DNA of 32,000 nucleotides, taken from positions 1,745 through 33,744 of the forward strand of contig NZ_JASJEB010000104.1 in the NCBI RefSeq assembly GCF_030064895.1, in the 5' to 3' direction. A model generated the notes under the pieces. That model ran no database searches. It was not told where the DNA came from and saw only the letters and a program-made list of their open reading frames with translations. Of the stretch, positions 1 through 8,928 are shown one piece after another (the stretch's first letter is position 1; each line of letters opens with the position of its first letter). Made by a program: the position numbers and the translations under genes. This DNA comes from Crocosphaera sp. (GTDB taxonomy: Bacteria; Cyanobacteriota; Cyanobacteriia; Cyanobacteriales; Microcystaceae).

Positions 1-424
1 CTGCGATCGCTTCTTCCCTATTGCCTAATTGTAAATAGACTTTTGCCCTTTCTATGTAGAGACCGGGTATGGTTTGGTTCAGGGCTAAAGCTTGAGTCAA
101 ATCAGCCATTGCTGCTTGATAATTGTTAATTCGAGTATAGGCAATTCCCCGATTATAATAAGCTTCTACTTCACTAGGACTGAACTGTAAAATTTTGCTA
201 AATAGTGCGATCGCCCCTTGATAATCTCCTTGAATTCCTTTTTCCATCCCCTGAATTAATAACTCATTGAGATAGGGATCACGAATATAGATTTGAGAGA
301 TCGTCGAGTAATTTTTCCTTAAACTCTCATTAAGAGACTGACTGAAAACTAGATCAGGAAAACTAAGAAAGACGAAAATTAGTAAGCCTACCACTAAGCG
401 AGAAATTGTTGTTGATAAAGACAC
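1..424 (-). CDS. TPR-repeat protein, N-terminal portion (gene continues beyond window start)
   Basis: Not in the supplied track. The minus-strand frame is open from GTG (424-422) to the window edge. It reads VSLSTTISRLVVGLLIFVFLSF (hydrophobic N-terminus), then GDYQGAIALFSKILQFSPSEVEAYYNRGIAYTRINNYQAAMADLTQALALN, a canonical TPR pattern. Two HIP1 sites (3-10, 207-214). Confidence 0.6.
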   Translation of the reverse strand, partial: MSLSTTISRLVVGLLIFVFLSFPDLVFSQSLNESLRKNYSTISQIYIRDPYLNELLIQGMEKGIQGDYQGAIALFSKILQFSPSEVEAYYNRGIAYTRINNYQAAMADLTQALALNQTIPGLYIERAKVYLQLGNREEAIA

Positions 425-770
425 GGTTTATTTCCTAATTATCAATGACCTATTGATCGGTATAGCAGACAAAATTGAATGACAAGACGATTTTAAACAT
501 ATTCTTCAATTTTTGCACTTTCAATTGAAGCAAAGACTGCTATAGCAATCACAATCATCATTGATGAGATATCTTTTTTCTTATTTCCTGTTCCCTTGTC
601 GGGAGTTCCCTTCTACTCAAAGTTAATTATCACAACTGATTACTGATTGCTATATTACAGTCTAGAAGACTTTTTACGCACATATAGGAGATGGCCTGCT
701 TGTCTAGTATCTATAATTAACTTAAAGTGAGCTATTACTTCTGATCAAACAAAACTTGTTAACCTTATCT

Positions 771-2243
771 ATGATTGACACCTCATTTATAAAACGATTT
801 CGCTGGTTAGGTTTAATTTTAATCAGTACCTTACTGGTCTTAATTTCTCGTTTACCGGCCGTTGCTCAAACCCCGAAACACTATACGGAGTTAGAGTTTC
901 CCCCTTTAGCGGAAATTTCTCTACCTGAATACAAACGCTACCAACTTAGCAACGGGATGGTTATCTATTTGATGGAAGATAATCAGTTACCTTTAGTTAG
1001 GGGAAGTGCTTTAATTAAAACAGGTTCACGACTGGAACCGGGCCAAAAAGTTGGCCTCGCTCAAACTACCGGTAGTTTGATGCGTTTAGGGGGAACCCAA
1101 GAACATTCTGCCAACGAAATTAACCAAATCCTAGAACAACGGGCCGCTAGGGTTGAAGTTTCTATTGGTACAAGTTCGGGTAGTGCCGGGTTTAATACCC
1201 TCAGTGAAGATTTAGAGACGGTTTTTAACCTCTTTAGCGAAGTATTACAAGAACCTGCTTTTTCCCCTCAACTCCTCAGTTTAATCAAAAACCAACAACA
1301 GGGGAGTATTGCTCGTCGTAATGATGATCCCGGGAGTATTGCTAGTCGGGAGTTAGGTAAACTAATTTATGGGGAAGAGAGTCCTTATGCTCGTACCATA
1401 GAGTATGAAACCATCGATAACATTACCCGTGATGATGTTGTTGCTTTTTATGAGAAATATGTGCGGCCTGAGAACATTATTTTAGGGATTGTAGGGGATT
1501 TTGAACCAAAGGCTATGAAATCCTTGATCGAGAATACTCTGGGAAAATGGCAACCTAATACCCCAGAACCCGAGATAAATATTCCCTCAGCCCAACAAAA
1601 ACAAAGCCAGGGGGTCTTTTTCGTCAATCAACCTCAACTCAACCAAAGTAATGTCTTATTGGGGCATTTAGGGGGCAAATTGGACAGTCCTGATTATCCT
1701 GCATTGTCGGTGGTAAACGGTTTATTGAACGGGTTTGGGGGTCGTCTTTTTAATGATTTGCGATCGCGTAAGGGGTTGGCTTACACTGTTTACGGGTTTT
1801 GGAGTGCTGGTTATGATTATCCTGGGGTGTTTATTGCTGGAGGCCAAACTGCTTCTCAAACCACTGTAAAGTTTATTAGCTCTTTGCTGAACGAAATTAA
1901 ACAAGTACAAATTAGTCCTATTTCTTCTGATGAATTGGACTATGCAAAAGAGTCGATTTTAAACTCGTTTGTATTTAAGTTCGAGAACCCATCTCAAACT
2001 TTATCTCGTCTCACCACTTATGAATATTATGGCTATCCTCAAGACTTTATTTTTGATTATCAAAAAGGAGTTAAAGCAACTACTATTGAGGAGGTACAAA
2101 GGGTTGCTCAAGAATACCTGAAACCGGAAAATATTGTTACTTTGGTGGTGGGGAATGAAGAAGAAATTAATCCTCCTTTATCTCAACTAGGACAAACGGT
2201 TAAATCTCTTGATGTCACCATTCAGGGAGAAGTTAAAAGTTAA
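771..2243 (+). CDS. M16 (insulinase/pitrilysin) family peptidase homolog, apparently lacking the zinc motif
   Basis: ORF-track frame 756..2243; ATG at 771 preferred over TTG at 756. Signal-like N-terminus (LISRLPAVAQTP). M16-type two-domain layout. Where active members carry GxAHxxEHxxFxGT, this protein has GLAQTTGSLMRLGGT. HIP1 at 1760-1767. Confidence 0.75.
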   Translation: MIDTSFIKRFRWLGLILISTLLVLISRLPAVAQTPKHYTELEFPPLAEISLPEYKRYQLSNGMVIYLMEDNQLPLVRGSALIKTGSRLEPGQKVGLAQTTGSLMRLGGTQEHSANEINQILEQRAARVEVSIGTSSGSAGFNTLSEDLETVFNLFSEVLQEPAFSPQLLSLIKNQQQGSIARRNDDPGSIASRELGKLIYGEESPYARTIEYETIDNITRDDVVAFYEKYVRPENIILGIVGDFEPKAMKSLIENTLGKWQPNTPEPEINIPSAQQKQSQGVFFVNQPQLNQSNVLLGHLGGKLDSPDYPALSVVNGLLNGFGGRLFNDLRSRKGLAYTVYGFWSAGYDYPGVFIAGGQTASQTTVKFISSLLNEIKQVQISPISSDELDYAKESILNSFVFKFENPSQTLSRLTTYEYYGYPQDFIFDYQKGVKATTIEEVQRVAQEYLKPENIVTLVVGNEEEINPPLSQLGQTVKSLDVTIQGEVKS

Positions 2244-2257
2244 GACAAAATTTGTAG

Positions 2258-2278
2258 GGGCTTAATAATATTAAGCCC
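2258..2278 (+). terminator. Stem-loop downstream of the M16 gene (9-bp stem GGGCTTAAT/ATTAAGCCC, 3-nt loop)
   Basis: Read directly: GGGCTTAAT-AAT-ATTAAGCCC, 15 nt after the stop codon. No U-tract follows, so terminator function is uncertain. Confidence 0.35.
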
Positions 2279-2368
2279 TGATAATCTAGAATACAGTTAT
2301 TAACTTTATAGATAATGTCACCTTTAACTATTGAATTACTTTGTAGCGAAGCAGAACAATTTTAAATT

Positions 2369-2974
2369 TTGGAATCTCAACATAAAGAATCTTCTCTCTA
2401 TGGTGTAACAGATGGCAAAGCAGTGGGAACTTATTTAGAACAAAAATTCAAAGCCTATTTACAAGAAAAGTATGATTTTGTGGCAGGAAGTTCTGCAAGT
2501 GGTATTGATTTTCCTGATTTATTGGTTGATATGAAAGTAACCAGTATTAAGCAACCACAGTCATCTTGTCCTTATAAGTCTGCTAGACAAAAAATTTTTG
2601 GGCTAGGATATTCACTGATTATTTTTGTTTACAATAAAATTGATAATAATAGTGAACAAGTTACACAATTAAATATTCTACATACTATCTATGTGGATGC
2701 AGAAAGAACAGCAGATTTTCAAATGACTAGAGGTATCAATAACATCATCGAGAATGAAGGGAATGAAGATGATATTATTGCTTTTATGTTAGATCGGAAT
2801 TTGCCTGTGGATGAAATTGAAGCAGCAAACTTAGCTCAAGAAGTTATTAATAATCCTCCTAAACAGGGTTTCTTGACTATCTCTAATGCGTTACAATGGC
2901 GGTTACAATATAGAAGATTTATTTCTCTTGCTGGACAAGAAGAGGGTTTGATAGACATTTATCGAACGAATTAA
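2369..2974 (+). CDS. Type II restriction endonuclease candidate with MutH/Sau3AI-like PD-(D/E)xK core; possibly N-terminally disrupted
   Basis: DGKAVGTYLEQKF...SGIDFPDLLVDMKVTS has the same D-x6-(D/E)-x-K spacing as E. coli MutH (DFAALGVELKT). The only start is TTG. The stop lies 2 nt before the MTase ATG, indicating an operon. An in-frame ATG at 2315 is separated from this ORF by a TAA at 2363-2365. Very AT-rich. Confidence 0.55.
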   Translation: MESQHKESSLYGVTDGKAVGTYLEQKFKAYLQEKYDFVAGSSASGIDFPDLLVDMKVTSIKQPQSSCPYKSARQKIFGLGYSLIIFVYNKIDNNSEQVTQLNILHTIYVDAERTADFQMTRGINNIIENEGNEDDIIAFMLDRNLPVDEIEAANLAQEVINNPPKQGFLTISNALQWRLQYRRFISLAGQEEGLIDIYRTN

Positions 2975-2976
2975 TA

Positions 2977-4404
2977 ATGAAGAAAAAATCTAACAATAAA
3001 ATTGAATATGGAGACTTCCAAACTCCGTTGACTTTAACAGATAAAATTTGTCAAAAGCTAGTAGAAATAAAAGTATTGCCTGATCTTATTATTGAGCCAA
3101 CTTGCGGTATTGGGAACTTTGTAAAATCTTCTAATATGTATTTTAAAGACTTTAAAAAAATCATAGGAATTGATATCAATATAAACTATATAGAACAATT
3201 GAAAAACAACCAAAATAAAAACAATAATAAGGTTACAGTTATTCATGATGATTTTTTTGATTTTGAGTTAAGTCAATTAATAAAAAAAAGAGATGATAAT
3301 ATTTTAATTCTTGGTAATTTCCCTTGGGTAACTAATTCACAACTAGGAAGAATAAAAGGATTAAATTTACCCGAAAAAAATAATTTTCAGCATAATAAGG
3401 GACTAGACGCAATTACAGGGAAAAGTAATTTTGATATATCAGAATGGATGTTAATTAAATGTGTGAATTTTTTACAAAATTATCAGGGTTATCTAGCTAT
3501 GCTTTGTAAAACATCAGTTGCTAGAAAAATAGTTAATTATTTATATAAACAAAATTGTCATCTGTCTTATTGTGCAACTTATGGAATAGATAGCAAAAAA
3601 TATTTTAATGCAACCGTTGAAGCTTGTTTATTATTTTGTCAATTTAAACCTGAAACAAAAAATTATACTTGTGATGTTTTTGAAGATTTATATACATCAA
3701 AGTACAACACTATCAGTTATATTAATAATCGTCTAATTAGAGATAGTAAAACATTTAAACAATTTAGTTATCTTTATACAAATAAACCCACAATTAAATG
3801 GCGTTCTGGTGTTAAACATGATTGCTCAAAAATCATGGAATTTGAGAAAGTAGGAGATTTTTTAATCAATGGTTTAGGAAAAAAAGTAAAATTAGAAGAT
3901 GATTATATTTATCCATTATTGAAAGGTTCAAATGTTTTCAATCAAGATAAAAATAGAACAAAAAAATATGTGTTGATAACTCAAAAATACATTGGAGAAG
4001 ATACTAATAATATAAGAAAATATGCACCAAAAACCTGGAACTATTTACAATCTCATGCTAGTTACTTGGATAAACGTGCAAGTCGAATTTATAAAAATAA
4101 TCCTCAATTTTCTATTTTTGGTGTTGGTGAATATAGTTTTTATCCTTGGAAAATTGCCATTTGTGGTTTATATAAAAAATTAGAATTTAGACTATTTAAT
4201 TTAATAGATAATAAACCTATTATGTTTGATGATACTGTTTATTTTCTTAGCTTTGAAGAAGAAGAAAAGGCTAGACAATTTTTTGATATATTAACCTCTA
4301 CTGAAGTAATTAGCTTTTACTCATCGTTAATTTTTTGGGATGAAAAACGTCCTATCAAAGCAAGTATTTTAAATTGTCTTGATTGGAAAAATGTTTTTAA
4401 ATAA
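2977..4404 (+). CDS. Gamma-class N6-adenine DNA methyltransferase (TaqI/Eco57I-like layout)
   Basis: Motif I IIEPTCGIGNFV (EPxCGxGxF) precedes a motif IV-like LILGNFPWV (NPPW with the first Pro replaced by Phe). A long C-terminal region is the presumed target-recognition domain. Hand counts of sample lines (3181, 3541) give 20-25% G+C. Confidence 0.75.
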   Translation: MKKKSNNKIEYGDFQTPLTLTDKICQKLVEIKVLPDLIIEPTCGIGNFVKSSNMYFKDFKKIIGIDININYIEQLKNNQNKNNNKVTVIHDDFFDFELSQLIKKRDDNILILGNFPWVTNSQLGRIKGLNLPEKNNFQHNKGLDAITGKSNFDISEWMLIKCVNFLQNYQGYLAMLCKTSVARKIVNYLYKQNCHLSYCATYGIDSKKYFNATVEACLLFCQFKPETKNYTCDVFEDLYTSKYNTISYINNRLIRDSKTFKQFSYLYTNKPTIKWRSGVKHDCSKIMEFEKVGDFLINGLGKKVKLEDDYIYPLLKGSNVFNQDKNRTKKYVLITQKYIGEDTNNIRKYAPKTWNYLQSHASYLDKRASRIYKNNPQFSIFGVGEYSFYPWKIAICGLYKKLEFRLFNLIDNKPIMFDDTVYFLSFEEEEKARQFFDILTSTEVISFYSSLIFWDEKRPIKASILNCLDWKNVFK

Positions 4405-4423
4405 TGGAAATTATTAAAACTGA

Positions 4424-4753
4424 TTACGAAAAATTATCGTCATTACGAACTCGTCCAGGAGTAAATTTACCAGAGAAACTTAAATCAGAATCTCTGACTA
4501 TTTTACGGACTTTATTTTTCCGTGATTCCCCTAATTCTTTCCTGTTATTTTCACAGTGAACTTTCTCCACTTCTAGCAAAAATTCAATATCGTTGATAGC
4601 TTTGTTTAAGTCTTCTTGTAGTTTATGTCTATTAGCAATTGTTTTACCAATCAAACCAGCAGTTAACGCAGCAATTAATGTATTGATAATAGAGAATATT
4701 CCAGAAATTAAAGCTTTTTGAATATCAATATTAGATAGGTCTAAATAAGTCAT
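4424..4753 (-). CDS. Hypothetical small membrane-anchored protein (one N-terminal TM helix, charged helical C-terminus)
   Basis: 109-codon ORF, convergent with the MTase across a 19-bp gap. ALISGIFSIINTLIAALTAGLIG is a predicted TM segment, followed by a Lys/Glu/Arg-rich region. No family recognised. Confidence 0.4.
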   Translation of the reverse strand: MTYLDLSNIDIQKALISGIFSIINTLIAALTAGLIGKTIANRHKLQEDLNKAINDIEFLLEVEKVHCENNRKELGESRKNKVRKIVRDSDLSFSGKFTPGRVRNDDNFS

Positions 4754-4840
4754 AGGTGTTAGTTATATAAACTGTTTTATATTATCATATTTTATATTTT
4801 AAATTTAAAAAAAGGGGCAGTTTTACACCTTTCAACTATA

Positions 4841-6163
4841 CTAAAGAATCTTAACTTTTAAGCCATCACTAGGACGAGGACTAGGAATAGTTATCATCTC
4901 TAAGTTTTGGTCGGGTAATAGTTCCCAATGACAGTTACGAACCAAGAGACTAGCAAAAATTTTCATTTCTAATCTAGCAAATTCTTTGCCTAAACATTCT
5001 CTTAAACCTCCCCCAAAAGGAACATAAGCAAAACTTTTTTGTTTATCTGCCATATTTTCAGGAGAAAAGCGTTCAGGATCAAAGGTTTGATAATTAGGAA
5101 AAGTGTCTTTTTCTTGATGGGTTTGGGCGATTTGATATTGTACTGTCCAATCTTTAGGAATACGATAACCTTCAAATTCAAACTCTTGAATGACCTTTCT
5201 AAATGCGCCACCAACTGGAGGGATTAACCTTAAAACCTCTTTTAATACCTGTTCTAAATAGGTCATTTCTTTTAATTTTTCTGAAGTTATATTTTCAGTA
5301 ATATTCAAATTTTCTTGTTCCTTTCTTACTTTTTCTAAAATATCAGGATGTTGCGCCATTAATAAGCTAAAAGAAGAAATTGCAGAGGTTAATGTTTCGT
5401 GACCAGCAAATAGAAGTAATAATATTTGATCTTTTAGTTCTTCTAGAGTAAGACTATTTCCTTCCTCATCTTTTGCCTCTAATAAAATACCAAGTGCATC
5501 ATTTTGATGTTTGGGTTGTTGTTGTCTATCAACGATAATTGTTTCGAGTTCTTGTAACATTTTCTCACGACATTTTAACGCTTTACCAAAACTTGTCCAA
5601 GGTAAATCAATCGCTAAACTAAATAGTCCTTGACTCCAGGTTTCAAAATAACTTGCTAAATTTGTTTGAGAAGCATTATCGAAACTAATTAATAAACTAC
5701 AAGCAACATCAAAGGTATAGTCTCTTAATTCTGGATACCAGGTTAACTCTTTAGTTTGTAACCATCTGTTTATATATTGTTGGGTAATTTCGGTCATTTT
5801 CGGAATATAACTATTTAAAGCCCTGGGTTGAAAAGCTTGGGCTAATAATTTCCGTCTGGAAGTATGAAAATTACCATCTTTAATAACTAAAGATAATTCT
5901 CCTAAAAGAATTCTGGTACTTTTTGGCCAGCTTGAAACAACATATTTATTTTCATTACGGAATAAAAATTGATTAGCATCTGCACCAATCATGATAACAG
6001 CATCATTCCCAAAGATATTGGTTTTATAAACTTGACCATATTTTTTTAGTTTCTTCTTACCAAAATCAGGATCAAATAAAAAACTAAGAGTTTCACCTAT
6101 CAAGGGTAGTCCTCTATCTCCAGGGGGTAAAGATAAAGATTTTTTACTGTCTAATTGTGTCAT
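4841..6163 (-). CDS. Cytochrome P450, CYP120-like
   Basis: Heme-thiolate loop FGGGLRECLG (FxxGxRxCxG), I-helix AGHETLTS and ExxR (EVLR). N-terminal PPGDRGLPLIGETLSFL resembles Synechocystis CYP120A1. ATG at 6163 is preferred because the track start at 6226 would run through the ndhF1 terminator hairpin. Confidence 0.9.
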   Translation of the reverse strand: MTQLDSKKSLSLPPGDRGLPLIGETLSFLFDPDFGKKKLKKYGQVYKTNIFGNDAVIMIGADANQFLFRNENKYVVSSWPKSTRILLGELSLVIKDGNFHTSRRKLLAQAFQPRALNSYIPKMTEITQQYINRWLQTKELTWYPELRDYTFDVACSLLISFDNASQTNLASYFETWSQGLFSLAIDLPWTSFGKALKCREKMLQELETIIVDRQQQPKHQNDALGILLEAKDEEGNSLTLEELKDQILLLLFAGHETLTSAISSFSLLMAQHPDILEKVRKEQENLNITENITSEKLKEMTYLEQVLKEVLRLIPPVGGAFRKVIQEFEFEGYRIPKDWTVQYQIAQTHQEKDTFPNYQTFDPERFSPENMADKQKSFAYVPFGGGLRECLGKEFARLEMKIFASLLVRNCHWELLPDQNLEMITIPSPRPSDGLKVKIL

Positions 6164-6209
6164 TTTTGATTGATTAAAATTAAAGATTGATCTATTAATT
6201 TTTAATTTT

Positions 6210-6236
6210 AAAATAAAAAGGGGCAATATTGCCCCT
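6210..6236 (-). terminator. Intrinsic terminator of ndhF1
   Basis: Perfect palindrome GGGGCAAT/ATTGCCCC (6220-6235). On the minus strand it is followed by TTTTTATTTT. It lies 25 nt downstream of the ndhF1 stop. Confidence 0.8.
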
Positions 6237-6260
6237 TCAAACCAACTTTAAAAAAATGAG

Positions 6261-8309
6261 TTAAACTACACTAAAAACAATCACAAACCCTAACACTGCC
6301 CCAAATACAATTAAGGCATAAAATTGGGCGCGACCATTTTCTAGATACTTCAAACCTTCCCCACTCACTAAAGTAGCTAAACCAGTCAAATTAACCGCGC
6401 CATCAATAACACGATAATCCACTTCCATAATTTGACGGGCTAAGCGACGACATCCCATAACAAATACATTATTGTAAACATCATCGAAATACCACTTATT
6501 GAGGGAAAATTGATACAACGCAGGAAACTTATCCGCGATCGCTTTGGGATCAATTTTGTGTTGTAAATACATCAAAGAAGCGATGGTAATACCAATTAAA
6601 GCAATACCAACAGAATTTCCGGCCATGATACCAAACTCCGTCCAGTCGAAGTGAGAAACCTCTTCTATAACCTCTCCTGGGGCGTATATAAAGCCCTCAA
6701 AAGTATTATCCCAAGGTTTACCCAATAAACCGATCAACGTGGAAGGAACGGCTAAAATAAGCAGGGGTAAGGTCATAGTCAAAGGAGACTCATGGGGATA
6801 TTCGCTATGGCCATGATCATCGTGACCATGATCTTCGCTATCATGATCCAATTCCTTCACATCCATTGCCCCAGGACCAAACACAGGAGCAACTGCTGCG
6901 GATAACTCGGCCCGAATGTCCATATCATTGCCTCGGAAGTCTCCTTCAAAGGTCATAAAATACATCCGGAACATATAAAAAGCGGTTAAACCGGCAGTTA
7001 ACCAACCCACTAACCATAAACTGGGGTTCGCTTCAAAGGCTAAGCCTAAAATCTCGTCTTTTGACCAGAAACCAGCAAAAGGAGGAATTCCACAAATAGC
7101 TAAAGTTCCGATCAAAAACGCTAAGGAAGTCAGGGGCATATATTTTCTCAGTCCCCCCATTAAACGCATATCCTGGGCCAAGACCGGATCATGTCCAACA
7201 ACCTCTTCCATGCCATGAATAACAGACCCAGAACAAAGGAATAACATCGCTTTAAAATAAGCATGGGTCATCAGGTGAAACAGTCCAGCAGTATAAGCAC
7301 CGATACCCATAGCCATCACCATGTAACCCAGTTGGGAAATCGTCGAGTAAGCTAAACCCTTCTTAATATCGTTTTGAGTTAAAGCGATGGTTGCACCTAA
7401 AAAGGAGGTGACGGCCCCAGTCCAAGCAATAGTTGTCATGGCTACAGGGATGTTCTCAAACACAGGATACATCCGCGCTACCAAGAATACACCTGCTGCT
7501 ACCATGGTCGCAGCGTGAATCAAGGCAGAAATAGGTGTGGGGCCTTCCATTGCGTCTGGTAGCCAAACATGAAGGGGAAACTGTGCCGATTTAGCCACAG
7601 GTCCAAGGAAGACTAAGACAGCGAATAATGCTGCTAATGCCGGGGCGATCATTCCTGAAGAAACTAACCCTTCTAAACGTTCCCCCATCAGATCAAATTC
7701 AAAGGTTCCGGTTGCCCAGTAAATACCTAACATTCCCAGAAGCAGGCCGAAGTCACCGACACGGTTGGTGACAAAGGCTTTTTGGCAAGCATCGGCCGCT
7801 GCTTTGCGATCGAACCAGAAACCGATGAGAAGATAGGAACACATCCCCACCAGTTCCCAGAAGATATATACCTGCACTAAATTAGGACTGATTACTAAGC
7901 CCAACATGGACGCGCTAAAGATACTTAAGTAAGCATAAAAGCGGACATAACTTGGATCGTGGGCCATGTAACCATCGGTATAAACCATCACCAAAAAGGC
8001 CACTGTGGTGACAATGACACACATCAAGGCACTAATATGATCCAGGGTGTAACCCATTTGTAGAGTAAAATTGCCGGCTGCTGCCCATTCGATCATCTTA
8101 GTGTATTCTTCATGACCTTGGATTTGACTCCACAACAGGGCAAAAGATAACACCATCGACGCGCCTATCAGGGAAATAATAAATACTGCGTTGACTTGTC
8201 TGAGGCGGTTGGTTGCTTCATTAAAGGAAATTAAGCCTAAGCCCACCAGCATCGCCCCCAACAAGGGCAACACTGGAATAAGCCAGGCGTATTGATAAAG
8301 AGGTTCCAT
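6261..8309 (-). CDS. ndhF1: NAD(P)H-quinone oxidoreductase (NDH-1) subunit 5, NdhF1 type
   Basis: 682-aa polytopic membrane protein. The N-terminus MEPLYQYAWLIPVLPLLGA and the length are typical of NdhF1 rather than the shorter NdhF3/F4 paralogs. HIP1 at 6535-6542. A sample line (7561) is 48% G+C. Confidence 0.9.
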   Translation of the reverse strand: MEPLYQYAWLIPVLPLLGAMLVGLGLISFNEATNRLRQVNAVFIISLIGASMVLSFALLWSQIQGHEEYTKMIEWAAAGNFTLQMGYTLDHISALMCVIVTTVAFLVMVYTDGYMAHDPSYVRFYAYLSIFSASMLGLVISPNLVQVYIFWELVGMCSYLLIGFWFDRKAAADACQKAFVTNRVGDFGLLLGMLGIYWATGTFEFDLMGERLEGLVSSGMIAPALAALFAVLVFLGPVAKSAQFPLHVWLPDAMEGPTPISALIHAATMVAAGVFLVARMYPVFENIPVAMTTIAWTGAVTSFLGATIALTQNDIKKGLAYSTISQLGYMVMAMGIGAYTAGLFHLMTHAYFKAMLFLCSGSVIHGMEEVVGHDPVLAQDMRLMGGLRKYMPLTSLAFLIGTLAICGIPPFAGFWSKDEILGLAFEANPSLWLVGWLTAGLTAFYMFRMYFMTFEGDFRGNDMDIRAELSAAVAPVFGPGAMDVKELDHDSEDHGHDDHGHSEYPHESPLTMTLPLLILAVPSTLIGLLGKPWDNTFEGFIYAPGEVIEEVSHFDWTEFGIMAGNSVGIALIGITIASLMYLQHKIDPKAIADKFPALYQFSLNKWYFDDVYNNVFVMGCRRLARQIMEVDYRVIDGAVNLTGLATLVSGEGLKYLENGRAQFYALIVFGAVLGFVIVFSVV

Positions 8310-8593
8310 AGAGTAATGCCTAAGTTATTTGTTTTGCTACATAAAACCGATACAATGCGCCATCATAAGACACATTAAAGTTTACTTCCTGCTTCACCCA
8401 GAACCGTCGCCGGTAACGGAGTTCAATACGCGCCCACAGGTGGCGCGTCCAGTCCCCCTCTGTCCACAGGCTAACACGGTATAGCCTACCGGTTGATTAG
8501 CTAACACTTTAGCTCCACCTTAGTGGATAGATAACGCTAACCCTTCAGTTATAGACTTTTTTTAAGGAATTCTTCAACGAATCAAGGCACAGA

Positions 8594-8631
8594 CCGTCTC
8601 CCCACACTCCCCCTCTCCCCCTCTCCCCACC
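8594..8631 (-). repeat. Degenerate GGGGAGA-type G-tract array (G-rich on the minus strand)
   Basis: The minus strand reads GGTGGGGAGAGGGGGAGAGGGGGAGTGTGGGGAGACGG. It shares the GGGGAGA core and the 10-mer GGGGAGACGG with the array at 13915-14014, in inverted orientation. Confidence 0.9.
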
Positions 8632-8928
8632 AAACTCCAAAGATAATTTTTCTATAAAAAGGCAATAAGATTTTCTAATTTTTATCGACTAATTCGAGAT
8701 ATTTACTAAACAATTATACTGAGAATTTCAGTAATTTTACCCTTGGATTTTTTATTAAAGATAAAGAACTTTTTTGTTTCTTTATACTACTCCTAATCTA
8801 TTTACAAAATCTTTAAAAAATGTTGATTATATAAAGAAATAAATTCTCTGTAAATACTTGCAAAATTAGAAAAAAATGATAAGCTGTTATGTGTAAATCC
8901 CCAGAATTATGTTTAACTATTTATTTCT

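Noticed and set aside
756-770. Non-ATG or extended starts in the ORF track (TTG 756, ATG 6226, TTG 10826, TTG 15319, ATG 21754)
   Set aside because: In each case an in-frame ATG lies a few codons downstream and gives a more plausible N-terminus: a signal peptide, an RBS, or homology to the family N-terminus. The 6226 extension would also overlap the ndhF1 terminator hairpin.
2360-4806. Possible target-site duplication flanking the R-M island (ATTTTAAATTT-like strings near 2360 and 4796)
   Set aside because: These are short, pure A/T strings in very AT-rich DNA. Such matches are expected by chance and are not positioned symmetrically at clear composition boundaries.
4806-4835. Terminator for the P450 gene (AAAAAAAGGGGCAGTTTTACACCTTT)
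   Set aside because: It shares AAAAAGGGGCA with the real ndhF1 terminator, but I could not build a convincing stem. At best it is a degenerate copy.
8400-8530. tRNA or other classical structured RNA in the GC-rich patch upstream of ndhF1
   Set aside because: I could find no 5-bp T-arm with a GTTCRANYC loop, no acceptor/D-arm geometry, and no SRP, tmRNA or riboswitch core motifs on either strand. It is retained only as an unclassified structured region.
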